A stretch of DNA of 64,000 bases from the human T2T-CHM13v2.0 reference genome, Homo sapiens, in the NCBI RefSeq assembly GCF_009914755.1, contig NC_060925.1; one strand, 5' to 3'. Positions 19,247-35,138 of the stretch are shown piece by piece. Below the pieces are notes generated by a model that saw only the letters and a program-made list of their open reading frames with translations, was not told the DNA's origin and searched no databases. Position 1 is the first letter of the stretch, and the number at the start of each line of letters is the position of its first letter. The position numbers were made by a program, and so were the translations under genes.

Positions 19247-20114
19247 TGGAGGCTTGTTTCTTTTCAGATGGTTAGGAGAGCACATGTGCCTCGGGAGGGT
19301 TAAAGGCAAGTTAGCGAGCACTTGATGTGACAACCAATGGGGAGCAGGAGTTTCTGAGAGCAGGATTCAGGGTTGATTTCCTAGAAGGGGTTATGGTGCT
19401 AACAGAGGGCAGGAATGGTCTCGTGCGGGAGTGGGAAGGCCCCACACGGGGGACTCTGTGCCTAGCTACTGGCAGGACGTCCCCTGCACCTCTCCAAGCG
19501 AGGGCTGAAGAGAAAGAACCTGGAGCAGAGGTCTGGAGGAAGCCATTGTCTGCCTGGGCGGAGGAAAAGGAGGCAGGGAGAGAGCCAGGGCTGGAGTGAT
19601 GGGCAGGGCCAGGCTAAGTATGAGTTTGGGGCAAGGCCTTTGTCCCCTCAGGCCTCCAAGTCCCTGTCTTAATGTGGGTGGTTGGAGCAAATGCTCTGGG
19701 GTGAGGCAGCCCGCCAGACCTCCCTGCCTGCATCCCCTTTGTCTTGGTCTCTAACTTGCCTCTGCAGGCTTTCTTCTAGGCCCGGCAGAGTCCATCTCCT
19801 GGGCCAGACCCACTTCGGCTGTCCTTCTGTGTCTGCCACCCTCCCCCACCCCAGACACCTGGAGCCCATCAGAGTGCCTGGCACCACAGCAGCTGCATGT
19901 GCCCATAGAGGGGACAGCCTCTCTCACCCCTGCGCCTCAGACCTCACCAGTGTTTCCATCAGACACAGTAACTGGGCGCAGGGAAGGCAAAGAAGGGAAG
20001 GGAAGCACTCTGCTGTCATCAGCTCCGCCTCACCTCGGTATCTGCAGATAATCACTGAGCCATTGGGGGTTCTGCAGCATAAACTGGGTTACTTTCATCT
20101 TTCCCCATTGGTAA

Positions 20115-20436
<322 letters not shown>

Positions 20437-20566
20437 TGGGTTCAGGGTTCTTGCTTCTGCTAAGTTATAGGCCATCGATCTGCTTTTCTCTCTTCCAAAT
20501 TTTTCTAATGTCATCTCCTCTTTTGTGATAATTATCCTCATGATTTTATGTCTTTAAAAAATAATC

Positions 20567-22310
20567 CCCTCTCCCTCTCCCTCTCCCTCTCCCTCTCCCC
20601 ACGGTCTCCCTCTCCCTCTCTTTCCACGGTCTCCCTCTGATGCCGAGCCGAAGCTGGACTGTACTGCTGCCATCTCGGCTCACTGCAACCTCCCTGCCTG
20701 ATTCTCCTGCCTCAGCCTGCCAAGTGCCTACGACTGCAGGTGCGCGCCGCCACGCCTGACTGGTTTTCGTATTTTTTTGGTGGAGACGGGGTTTCGCTGT
20801 GTTGGCTGGGCTGGTCTGCAGCTCCTAACCACGAGTGATCCGCCAGCCTCGGCCTCCCGAGGTGCCGGGATTGCAGACGGAGTCTCGTTCACTCAGTGCT
20901 CAATGGTGCCCAGGCTGGAGTGCAGTGGCGTGATCTTGGCTGGCTACAACCTCCACCTCCCAGCTGCCTGCCTTGGCCTCCCAAAGTGCCGAGATTGCAG
21001 CCTCTGCCTGGCCGCCACCCCGTCTGGGAAGTGAGGAGCGTCTCTGCCTGGCCGCCCATCGTCTGGGATGTGAGGAGCCCCTCTGCCTGGCTGCCCAGTC
21101 TGGAAAGTGAGGAGCGTCTCTGCCCGGCCGCCATCCCATCTAGGAAGTGAGGAGCGTCTCTGCCCGGCCGCCCATCGTCTGAGATGTGGGGAGTGCCTCT
21201 GCCCTGCCGCCCCGTTTGGGATGTGAGGAGCGTCTTTGCCCGGCCGCCCCGTCTGAGAACTGAGGAGCCCCTCCGCCCGGCAACCACCCCGTCTGGGAAG
21301 TGAGGAGTCCCTCTGCCCGGCAGCCGCCCCGTCTGGGAAGTGAGGAGCGTCTCCGCCCGGCAGCCACCCCGTCCGGGAGGGAGGTGGGGGGGGTCAGCCC
21401 CCGCCAGGCCAGCCGCCCCGTCCGGGAGGGAGGTGGGGGGGGTCAGCCCCCCGCCTGGCCAGCCGCCCCATCCGGGAGGTGAGGGGCGCCTCTGCCCGGC
21501 CACCCCTACTGGGAAGTGAGGAGCCCCTCTGCCCGGCCAGCCACCCCGTCCGGGAGGGAGGTGGGGGGGTCAGCCCCCCGCCCGGCCAGCCGCCCCGTCC
21601 GGGAGGGAGGTGGGGGGGTCAGCCCCCCGCCCGGACAGCCGCCCCGTCCGGGAGGGAGGTGGGGGGTTAGCCCCCTGCCCGGCCAGCCGCCCCGTCTGGG
21701 AGGTGAGGGGCACCTCTGCCCGGCCGCCCCTACTGGGAAGTGAGGAGCCCCTCTGCCCGGCCACCACCCCGTCTGGGAGGTGTACCCAACAGCTCATTGA
21801 GAACGGGCCATGATGACAATGGCGGTTTTGTGGAATAGAAAGGGGGGAAAGGTGGGGAAAAGATTGAGAAATCGGATGGTTGCCGTGTCTGTGTAGAAAG
21901 AGGTAGACATGGGAGACTTTTCATTTTGTTCTGTACTAAGAAAAATTCTTCTGTCTTGGGATCCTGTTGATCTGTGACCTTACCCCCAACCCTGTGCTCT
22001 CTGAAACATGTGCTGTGTCCACTCAGGTTTGAATGGATTAAGGGCGGTGCAAGATGTGCTTTGTTAAACAGGTGCTTGAAGGCAGCATGCTCCTTAAGAG
22101 TCATCACCACTCCCTAATCTCAAGTACCCAGGGACACAAGGCCGCAGGGTCCTCTGCCTAGGAAAACCAGAGACCTTTGTTCACTTGTTTATCTGCTGAC
22201 CTTCCCTCCACTATTGTCCTGTGACCCTGCCAAAACCCCCTCTGCGAGAAACACCCAAGAATGATCAATTAAAAAATAATAATAAATAAATAATAAATAA
22301 ATAAATAAAT
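20567..22310 (+). mobile_element. Full-length SVA retrotransposon (probably SVA_C/D)
   Basis: (CCCTCT)n hexamer, antisense Alu-like domain, GC-rich VNTR (~21010-21780), SINE-R, (TAAA)n tail, TSD AAATAATCC. Confidence 0.97.
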
Positions 22311-22429
22311 AAATAATCCTTTTTGCCTTCGAGTTTAGTGGAGCATCGGGAGAAGGCAGAGCTCTGTCTGTGTGCTCAGCCTAACTTCCTTAACAGAATT
22401 CACAGTCAGTCTAACTTAACCTCCACAAC

Positions 22430-23980
<1,551 letters not shown>

Positions 23981-24554
23981 GCCAAGGGGCCAGTATCATT
24001 ATCCTCATTTTCCAAATAAGAAAACAGGCTCAGAGTGGATGTCTGAGGGCTTGAATGTGGCAGGACCCAGAACTGCTCACGGCCCCGTGACTCCAACACT
24101 CTTTGCACAGCTGTGCACAGCTCTCCTTGCAATGCCCAGAGAAGGTTATGCCCTCCACAGCTACAAAGATATTGGGTCTTCTGTGGCAAAACCCTGGTGA
24201 CAGTGGATGCCCTGGGGTGACCACGCCGTCTTCCATCTGAATGTATCCTCCTACTGTCTGCTGTGTTAGAGATGAGGCATTATGAGAAGGAGAAACTATT
24301 TGTCAAATGTAATTAACAATTAGAAATGACCTAAATGTCTAACGGTAGCAGATTGGGTAAATAAATAATCATAGAGCCACATAAGAAGTACTATTTGGCT
24401 GTTCAGAACAATTAAGTAGAAGAGTATTTAATTTCATGGAAATGCTCCTGACATATTGGTACATTAGAAAAAGCAGACTGCCTAAGCAGTGAGCATGGTA
24501 CAATTCCATTTTAACAACAACAACACACATATCATAACGAGTCAACATTTATAT

Positions 24555-25803
<1,249 letters not shown>

Positions 25804-28307
25804 TTAAAAAAAAACTTTTGAAAAGTTAAAAATTCAGTGGCTCCAAAACTCAGAAGTCTACACCACACACATTAATCTCTCATTTAAGCCCCATGCCGGT
25901 GCAGCCAGTGCGGATCCTCAGAAGGCTCTGCTGGTCACCGGGGCCCTGGCGGAGGGTGCAGCTGCCATCTCATCACTGTCAGTCGCCCTGCTAGTGGGAC
26001 AGTCGCAGCTCTAGAGGATATGGCACCCTCAATTAAATGCTTGGGACTCGAAGTGACAGTTGTCATTTCTGCTCACAGCTTATTGGCCACAGCTAGTCAC
26101 ACGGCTCCACTCAACCACAAGGGGGCGGGGCAATCTCACCAAGTGCCCCAAAGGCAGCGATCTGGAACTATTTGGCGAACAGGGCAAAATGACTAGCTCC
26201 GTGCAGCTTTTTTATTTCTTTAAAATACATAGAATAGAATAATTTTTAAAACGTAGAACGGAATAAAATAAGAAATATAGTATGTTTAGAATTTTTAATT
26301 TAAAACTTTAAATATTAGGTTATGTTTAATTTTTTTTTATATCATGTGTGAGGTACAATAAATATTTGTGGAATGTTGACAGTTCTTTCTGAAAAGGGAT
26401 CACAGCTATAATGAATATGACTTTTTGGCTTTATTACTAACAAAGTGCTTGCCCGGGGGTCATCTCATTTAAGGTATTATGGGCCTCTTTGCAGATGAAG
26501 AAACTGATCTAAGACAGGTGAGTGACCTCCCCAGGTCACCCAATCAAGTGGCAGAAGTGGGACTTGGGAACAAGTAAGATAACCCATGAGACTTCTTCTT
26601 CAAACCCCAATATTTCTTCTCTTTCCTATATCAACCTCAAATCTTAAGCTTGCTATTCTTTACTTCGTTTAATAACACTAACATTTAACATACTGAGTAC
26701 TATCATCACTGCTAAGGAAACTAATGCTCAGAGGAGGAGACTTGCCCAAGGTTACGTGTCCCTGAAGAGGCAAGACTTGGATTCGAATGTGGATTTATGA
26801 GAATCAAAGCTACAACCACAATGCCCTTCTGCCACTCTGGCTTATTGACCTGCTTCTAGAAAAAAACTTGAATGGCATAGGGGATAAGTTTTAAGGGGAC
26901 TTCCCATGATTGTATGGTCCAGGTGGTGTTCACCCAGCAACACCTGCCTGATGCCTTCAGCCCTTCTTACCATCCTAACCCTAGAAGGGCAGATATTTTG
27001 ACACCCTGCATAGAACCTGGAGCCTCAACTCATGGACATTTAAAAAACAGACACACACAAACAAAAACTCCTTGATATTAGCAAAGGTAACCAGGTGACG
27101 AAATTATGTCAGGGTTGCATTTTAAAGAGACTGTTTTATTTCTGGCTTTATGGTGCTTGATGTAAGCTTTTAGAAATGTATTTTTATGATAATCAAAGAT
27201 ATTTATTTTACATGCCCTTTAAAAAGTGCCAGGACTGTAAATAATAATAGCTAACATTTAGTTCCTACTATATGCCAGGCACACTGCTTAAACATTAAAA
27301 TGGATTATTTCATTTTAGCCTCACAATGTCAGTGAGGTAAACATAACCCGGGACCATGGAAACAAGAAGAACCTTGATGCCTTCCTGTGCTTGTGGAAGC
27401 GGCATCAGCTGGGATTCTCAAGTACTGCTAGCCAGCGTCTGCTCTGCCTCCAGCTGCAAGTTACTTACAGGCTCTGATCCTTAAATTGCAACATTCCACC
27501 ATTGGGCTGAATGATCTCGAAACTCCCGGAGAGGAGGGGCTTCTCTGAGCAGTGCTCAGCACAACAGGGCTTCCTAAACAGCCACTATTATCATCCAAAC
27601 AGGGAACATGTCTTCTGAAATGAAAAGCGGTGTGTACAGTCTGACAAGTGAAAGTTCTCATAGGGCCATGGACAGAGTATTTGAGATTCTAGCATCTCTG
27701 GAAGCGTTGAGTTACAATATAGCAGTTTGGGTTGCTATCTTGCCTGCCACTAGGAAATGAGGCAGTGCTGATTCTTTTTGTCTTTTGTAACATTAGTTCA
27801 TATTTATTGAGTGCTGCTGTGTGCCAGACACTATGCTATTTACAAAAATTAGCTCCTAAGTCCTCATATCCACCCTACTTCGTGGGTACTATGATCATCT
27901 TCATTTCACAGATGAGGAAACTCAGGCTTCAAAAAGTGGGCAATTTCCCAAGGTGTCACTGCTAGTAGGTGACTGAGTCCAGGCTTAGATCTGGCACTGT
28001 GGCTACAGGGTCCTCATTCTTACCACTCTGTGTTCCCTTCTCCAGCATACTAAGGACTTGGCTTTGGGAGTAGATCTGCTCACTCGAAGGAAGAGTAAAC
28101 ATTTGCCTCAAGCTCTTTACAGTCAGTGATCTTATCTAATCCTCACATCATCTTTCTGAGGTGAGTATCACTATTAATCCCTTTTGACAGATGGAGAAAT
28201 TGAGGCTCAGAGAGGTCAGACAAGTTGCCCAAGATCAACCAGCCAAATGTGTGGTAAAACCAGGATTTCAGACCCGAACCTGTCTGACCTCAGCCTTGGC
28301 TCTGAGC

Positions 28308-28523
28308 CAGGGTTTCTTACCCTTTGCACCATTGATATTTGGGGCCCGATAATTCTTTGTTGTAGGGGACTGTGCTGTGCATTGCAGTATGTGCAGTAGC
28401 ATCTCTGACCTCCACCCACTAGATGCCAGTAGCACTCTGCCCCCAGTTACAACAATCTAAATTATCTCCAGAAATCACCAAATATTCCCTAAGGGCAAAA
28501 CTGCCCCCAGTGGACAACCCCTG
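28308..28523 (+). mobile_element. MER20 hAT-Charlie element
   Basis: cagggtttctt..attgatatttggggcc.gataattctttgttg..tagatgccagtagcac..gggcaaaactgcccccagtggacaacc. Confidence 0.85.
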
Positions 28524-30077
28524 CTCCCCTGCTCTAACCACTAAGCACCCAGTGCTAGGACCCATGGCAAAGCCCCAGCTGACTGCTGCTTCTGCTGCAG
28601 GACCGGGGTCTCGGGTAAGAAGAGTTAAAATAAAACCTTTACGCTGTCATTTTAAAAGCCTCATGCCAGGTGTTCCTGGCTCTATGACCCTGAAATTGAC
28701 CACCACTGCACAGTGAGGTATTGACTGGGTCCCACAGCCTGCTGGGGTGAGCCCAGGATGGCTGGAGGGCCTTTTGTCTCTCAAGACTAACTTGGTGTGC
28801 TCTCGGGGGTGGAGCCCCTCCCACAGTCATCAGTGTCTCTTCTGCCCAGTGCCAAATTTGTCTGGTGGCTATTAAGGAAGCTGCCTGATGATTATCCGTT
28901 GGCTCAAGCTTGGCTTTATCTCTAGTCTTCGATTCTAAATGAGACTAATGACCATTTGAGATTCAGATTCTGCACCAACTGCCCAGCTGCCTCCTCAGTG
29001 AAGGAGCTGAAGGGGAATCCCTTACAGCCTGGTTCACTGCTCCCATCTCAGCAAATACCCCCACCAGGCAATAAGAGACCCTGGAGATACCTCCCTCTCC
29101 ATCACTGCCCAAGTTCAAGCCATCACCTGATCCTGTCAATTTTGGCTTCTAAATATGGTTTGAATCCTGTGGTGCTATCCATCTCCCACTCCCCAAATAG
29201 TCTAGCACAGACTATTGCAATATCCTCTGAAAGGTACCCCCTTCATTCACCCCTGTCTTCCATTTTGTCTTCCACACTGTAGCTAGAGTAACCTTTAAAA
29301 GTGTTCATCTGAACCTACCCACCCACCTCCCCCTACACTTTCCCACTCCTACCCTAATTCATCCGGTGTCACTTCTTGTCTTTCTCCATCACTTTCTCTA
29401 CTCCAGACCTACTGATTTCTATTCTCAAAAGCACCATGTTCCCTCCAACCCAGGCACTTTGCCTGTGCTGCCCCCTCAGCCTGGGCATTCTCACTCTCCT
29501 TCTGCTAGGTAACTGCACTCATCCTCAGGGGGAGCCTCCCCTGGCCCACCCAGTGAAGCCTGGGTCCAGGTCCACTGTTGCCTGCTCTTAGGGCAATGTT
29601 TCACTCTCCTTCCTCTCTCTGATCTTAGCTCATACTCCTTTGGAAGTTATTTGTTTAAACTCATCTTCCCCATGAGACTGTAGGCTTCATGATAGGAGAA
29701 ATGTGTCTGTTTTTCCTCACCACTGTATCCCTAAAGCTTAGTGTATTGCCTTGGGTTGGGTATATACATCAGGCACCTTGTACCTGCTTGTTGAATCACT
29801 GAATGAACTTATATAATCCTCCCAATGAGCCTGTGATGATCTTGCCTGAGGCCAGTGCTCTTTCCTTGCTCTCACTACGTATAGAACCTGCTCTCACAGC
29901 ATTACAAGACGGAGACAGTAGACTCTGACAGGCATAGAGGGCTCTGGATCCTGATTGTCTGGGCTCAAATCTCTCTTCTGCCACTTCCTAGCTGTGTGAC
30001 TTTGGGTAAGTTCCTTAACATCTCTGTGCTTAATGGTACCCCTCACATGGGGTGTTGTAAGGATCAAATAAGTTAGT

Positions 30078-30385
<308 letters not shown>

Positions 30386-30996
30386 TAGTCTTTAACTTGT
30401 TTTTAAAAGGGCTCAATCGCATAATAAGTTCTCCATCCATCTTAGTAGTTGCTAATAGCATTAACAGAAAACACATAGATTCTGTGATTAGATGGGCCTG
30501 ATTTCTTCTCATATTCGCCCTGTGTGGCTTTGGACAAGTCATGTCACATCCTGAGTCTCAGTTTCCCCATCTGCTAAACTGGGGTCTTGAAACCTACCTC
30601 AGAGAGGGCTGTTGCGAGGGTGAGATAGGATGTGAGTGAAGCACTAGCACTGGTGCCTGGGGGTTCCCTTCCTGATGGGCCGGATTGGTCTGTGTTTGTT
30701 GCCTTTTAGACAAGAAGTTCCATGAAGGTGGGCTTCATGTCTGTGTCAGGGCTGTATCCCCTGCCTCTCTGTACCTGGCACATAGTAGATGTTCAATAAG
30801 TAGTTTTTCACTGGATGAATGAATCAATAGTAACAAGGGACCATGCTTTGCTCACCTTTGTGTCCAAAACTAGTGCAATACCTTGCATCTAATTTGAATA
30901 AATATTTGTTGACAGAATAAATAGATTTTTTAGAAATAGCTGTTTGTTTCTGTTCCCAGTTCCATTTGAATTTCTGAATTAAACTGAGAAAGATAC

Positions 30997-31514
30997 TGTG
31001 AAGGTTAATTTTGTGTGTCAATTTGACTGGGCTACGGGATGCTTACATAGCTGGTAAAACATTACTTCTGGGTGTGTCTGTAAGGGAATTTCTGGAAGAG
31101 ATTAGTAATTGAATCAGTAAATTGAGTAAAGAAGATCTGCCCTTACCAGTATGGGTGGGCAGCATCCAATCCACTGATGGCTGAAACAGAACTAAAAGGA
31201 AGAGGAATGGCAAATCCATGCTCTGTGCTTGAGCTGGAACATCCATCTTCTCCTGCCCTTGGACATCAGCTCTCCTGGTTCTCGGGTCTTCAGACTCAGA
31301 CTGGGATTTACACTATCGGCTCTTGTGGTTCTCAGGCCTCCTGGCTTGGACTGGAACTACACCACCAGCTTTTTAGACCTCCAGATTGCAGATGGCAGAT
31401 TGTGGAACTTCTCAGCCTTCCATAATCACAGAAGTCAATCCCTCATAATAAATCTCTTTTTATATATCTATATATAGCCTATTGGTTCTGTTCTGGAGAA
31501 CTCTGATTAATATA
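30997..31514 (+). mobile_element. MLT2 (ERVL) solo LTR
   Basis: TGTGAAGGTTAATTTTGTGTGTCAATTTGACTGGGC start; perfect 5-bp TSD GATAC (30992-30996 / 31515-31519). Confidence 0.9.
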
Positions 31515-34500
31515 GATACTTATAACTCATCCCAAGTCTCTCTAAGCCTTGGTATTCTTATCTGTAAAATGGGGCTATTAATAATTATCTACCACAAAGA
31601 TTATTCTGAAAAGTAAATAAGACAATATGTATTTGGCACATAGAAAATGTTAGTTCACTGTTCTTCCATTCCCCGAGCTTCAGTTTCTACATCTGTGAAA
31701 TGGGCATCTACTCACTCATTTCTTCATTCATTTACTGAGCAAACACAGTGCCCATGTGGAAGGCATTGTGGTTAAGACCCGGGGCAGTTAGAGAAGTTAG
31801 AGAGTTAGAGAAGTGAGGAAGCCGTGGTGAAGAACTGAGCATCTGCTTTGTGACAACACACCAATAGTCTTTAAAAGTCAGTGGGAGAAGAGCCACGGGA
31901 TGTATGAGGTCTCTGGGGGCTAGAGGTGTGGGGCAAGGGGACACCCAGGGTTTCAGAGAGCTTTTTAGAGAGACTGGTATCTCCCTAGCAAGTGATGGTA
32001 TCAACAACTTGGTGTGATCACCAACATCACATCACTTTGCAATGGAGTTACCTGCTGGGGCCTCTGGTTTTCATAGCCTGAGTGTGAAAGGCACGTCAGT
32101 CCTGCTGCAGCCCCACTTTCCACCCTGGCTCACAGAGCACACCAGAGTTTGGTCAGAGTGTCACATCACAGTGAGCATCTAGTTCAAACAGACATTTCCT
32201 TCTGAGATTCAGCTCTGCTCTTCTCCCTTTCTGGATCCTACCTTCACAGGGGACTGAACAGTGATTCCCCTACACTCTCAATGAGGAACAACACAGATGA
32301 TGACTCTAATGAATGCTGGGTCCCTGCCTGGTTCTCCAAAGACAAGGTTGCCCTTTCCTGCAGTGGGACCCAGTGAGGCGATGCTTGGGTGTTGGAGACA
32401 TGGGTGAGGCCAGGCCAGGTCTCTGGGCTCCTGCACCCAAATGGGTCACATGCTTATCTCTGATTTGCACAGCTGGCTCCACATCAACCTGCCAACGAAA
32501 CTCACAAGAGATTGAAATATCTGAATTAGAATTTTATATTTAAGCTGCATATATTTGTGGGATTGGGAAGGATTAGTCATCTCCAGTGACCAAAATGTTT
32601 GCACCTGTTACCCACTTTCATTTTCAGTTGAGAGAAAGTTGCATGCCAGGGATATTTAAACATCGAGGGTGGGTCTGCTGTCAGTGGTCTGGCCAGAGGT
32701 AGAAGGATGACTGAGTCCCAGCCGCCCATCCCCAGCAGGCCTCAGGGAAGAAGCAAGATTTACGAGGCGAGAGCCTGCCTGGCCCGCTTCTTCTGTCGGG
32801 AAAGGCTTCCCTGCAGTATTTTCTGTCTCGTCAACACTGCATTTCATTTTAAATTGCAGCTGAAAGTAGATATTTTCCCTCTTGCCTATTACAAACCTCT
32901 TAATTTGTCTCTCCCTCTGCTGTTATTTGTCTCTATAAAGTGTTTTGCATGAAAGACCCACACAGCACAATGTTGCTTCACCCTGGGTTAGGTTTAACAG
33001 GAAGGGAAGATGCAGAGACTAAGTCCAAGGAGGAAGATGTGAGGGCCTTGGGGTTGAGGACACGCGTGTCTGGGAGTTGATGCCTGGCTGTTTTTGGAGG
33101 TTATCTGTTGCCTGAGTGTCTGTGGGTATGCGGGTGCACATGTCCATGTTTGTACTAATTTACATATATGTCTATGCATACTGTGGTATAATCACTTGGG
33201 TGTCCATACCCAAATTAAGTGTATGTTTGAGTGCATGTACACACCCACATGCCAGTCTCTGTGTGCATATAGATCTATGCCCAGACGCACACATGTGCAT
33301 ATAAACACACGTAGGCATCAAGGTAGACGTCCGTCACATTATGTGTGTGGTCTTCTGTAGACACGCCCGGGGCTCTCTTCCTTTCGCTGCTTCTCAAGGC
33401 TGCGGTCAGCCTCCCTCCGTGCTCCACCCAGGAGCCCTGGCCCCGTTTAGGGTTGTGGGAAAAGGAAGGCACGCCAGTGGTCTGCGAGGGGGCCAGTGGA
33501 AACATCACCTCCGCCGACCCGGCCGCGGTCACAGCTCTCTGGCTTGGCTCCAGCCACCAGCAGCACCCCTGCAGCCCGGCGTTAGCGCTGAGAAGCCCGG
33601 GGCAGCCGCCAGGGCGCGGGCTGCCAGCTCCCTGACAACCCCGGGCTGGCACTCGGGGGCGAGAGAGGTCACCCAGCGACGGGCACACCCCTCCAGAGCA
33701 ACACCGTCTCCGGCCCGCTTCCGGGGGCCACCAACCCGAGCCTCGCGGGCGGGCTGGGGGGTGGTCTCTGTCGCTTGGGGTCCAGCGAAGGCTGGGCAGT
33801 AACCAATGGACGACTGTGGCCCAACGGGGATCCCTCGGATGCAGCCAATGCCCTCGTTGCGCTCTCCGCCCCCGCCCTCGCCTGCCCCGCGCCGCTGGAC
33901 CATTGGCGCCCGCTGGATGGGGGGTGCGCGCGACGCCTGCCCTTCGGGGAGGGCGGGGCTTGGAGCGGGCTGCGCTCCCGCCCGCGCTCGGCCTCTGCCC
34001 CGCCCCCGGACGCGCGGCCCTCAGCCGGCTGCGGCGCGGCGGCGGCGGGAGGGGGCGCGGGGCGCGCGCGTGGGCGTGGCCGGCGGGCGTGGCCGGCGGG
34101 CGGCAGGAGGCGGGGCGGCGGGCGCTGTCGCAGTGAAAGCCCGAGCGGCGGCGGCGGCGGGGACGGCGGTGGAGGCGGCCGGGTGGCTGTGCGCGCGTGT
34201 GGGGCGCAGGCTCGGCGGCAGCGGCCGGTCTGGAGCGGCCGCTGCGAGGAAGACAGCTGCAGCGGGGGAGGCGCGGCCAGGGCTGCGCGCTCCGCGGAGC
34301 CGGCGGGGCCGGGAACAGGTGATCCCAGTGGGAGCCCCGCGCCCTGCCGAGTTCGAGGGGCGGGAGCCCGCGCTCCCGGGCGCATCTGCAGCCGCCCAGC
34401 CGCGGCTCCGGACCCAGGCATCCCTGCGCTGTCTGGGGCCCGGGGGAAGCCCCCTGCCCCCGCAGGCTCGGAAGTGCCTGCTCCTGCTCCCTGGCCACTC

Positions 34501-34778
34501 CGGCTCCCAGCTCCCGGCGCCCTCTCCGCGGCGGAGAAAGTTGTGGACGTGTCCCGATAGTCGAGCCCGGGCGCTGTCGCGACCGGGCCGGGTGTGCGCG
34601 CGCTCGGGGCGGCGCTGACACGCCAGCCCCCCATCGCCTCGGTCCCCTCCGGAAACTGCTTCTGAAGCTGAAACTTTGGGCGCCTACCAGCGCGGGCGGG
34701 AGCCTAGGGGGCGGAGGGCGGCTTGGTGCGGGCCTGCGGGCGCCCCTCGGCGCGGACAGCCGGGACGCCGCGGACGGC

Positions 34779-34784
34779 ATGTGA
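34779..34784 (+). promoter_or_regulatory. Start-stop uORF (ATG TGA), in frame with MAN1C1
   Basis: ggcATGTGAcgg. Only ATG between 34132 and 35139; 360 nt upstream of the main ATG. Confidence 0.7.
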
Positions 34785-35138
34785 CGGTCCCGGCGGCCGC
34801 AGCGCGGGAAGGCGCGGGCCCCGGCGCGGCGGGGAGGGCTCGGCCGGAGGGGAGGCTGCGGCGCGCGGCCGGTCGCTGCGGGCCCGGGCCCCAAGCCGTG
34901 CCGCTCCGCTCGCCCGGGCCCCGCCGAGGCCGCTGCGCCCCCGCCTCCTCGCGGGAGGACTCGCTCCAAACTCCCTGAACTTCGGGGACAGTCCCCCGAA
35001 GCGGCGAAACTCTCAGGGTTGGCAACCCTGCCCAGGGACCCCCATCCCGGGCGGCGCTCCGGACGCCCTCCCCTCACCGCGCCCCCGCAGACACGTGCCT
35101 GGACTCCGAGGGCTTCTGGAGCCACCGGCCGGGCCACG

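Noticed and set aside
20777-22110. Multiple ORFs up to 204 aa
   Set aside because: SVA VNTR and SINE-R translations
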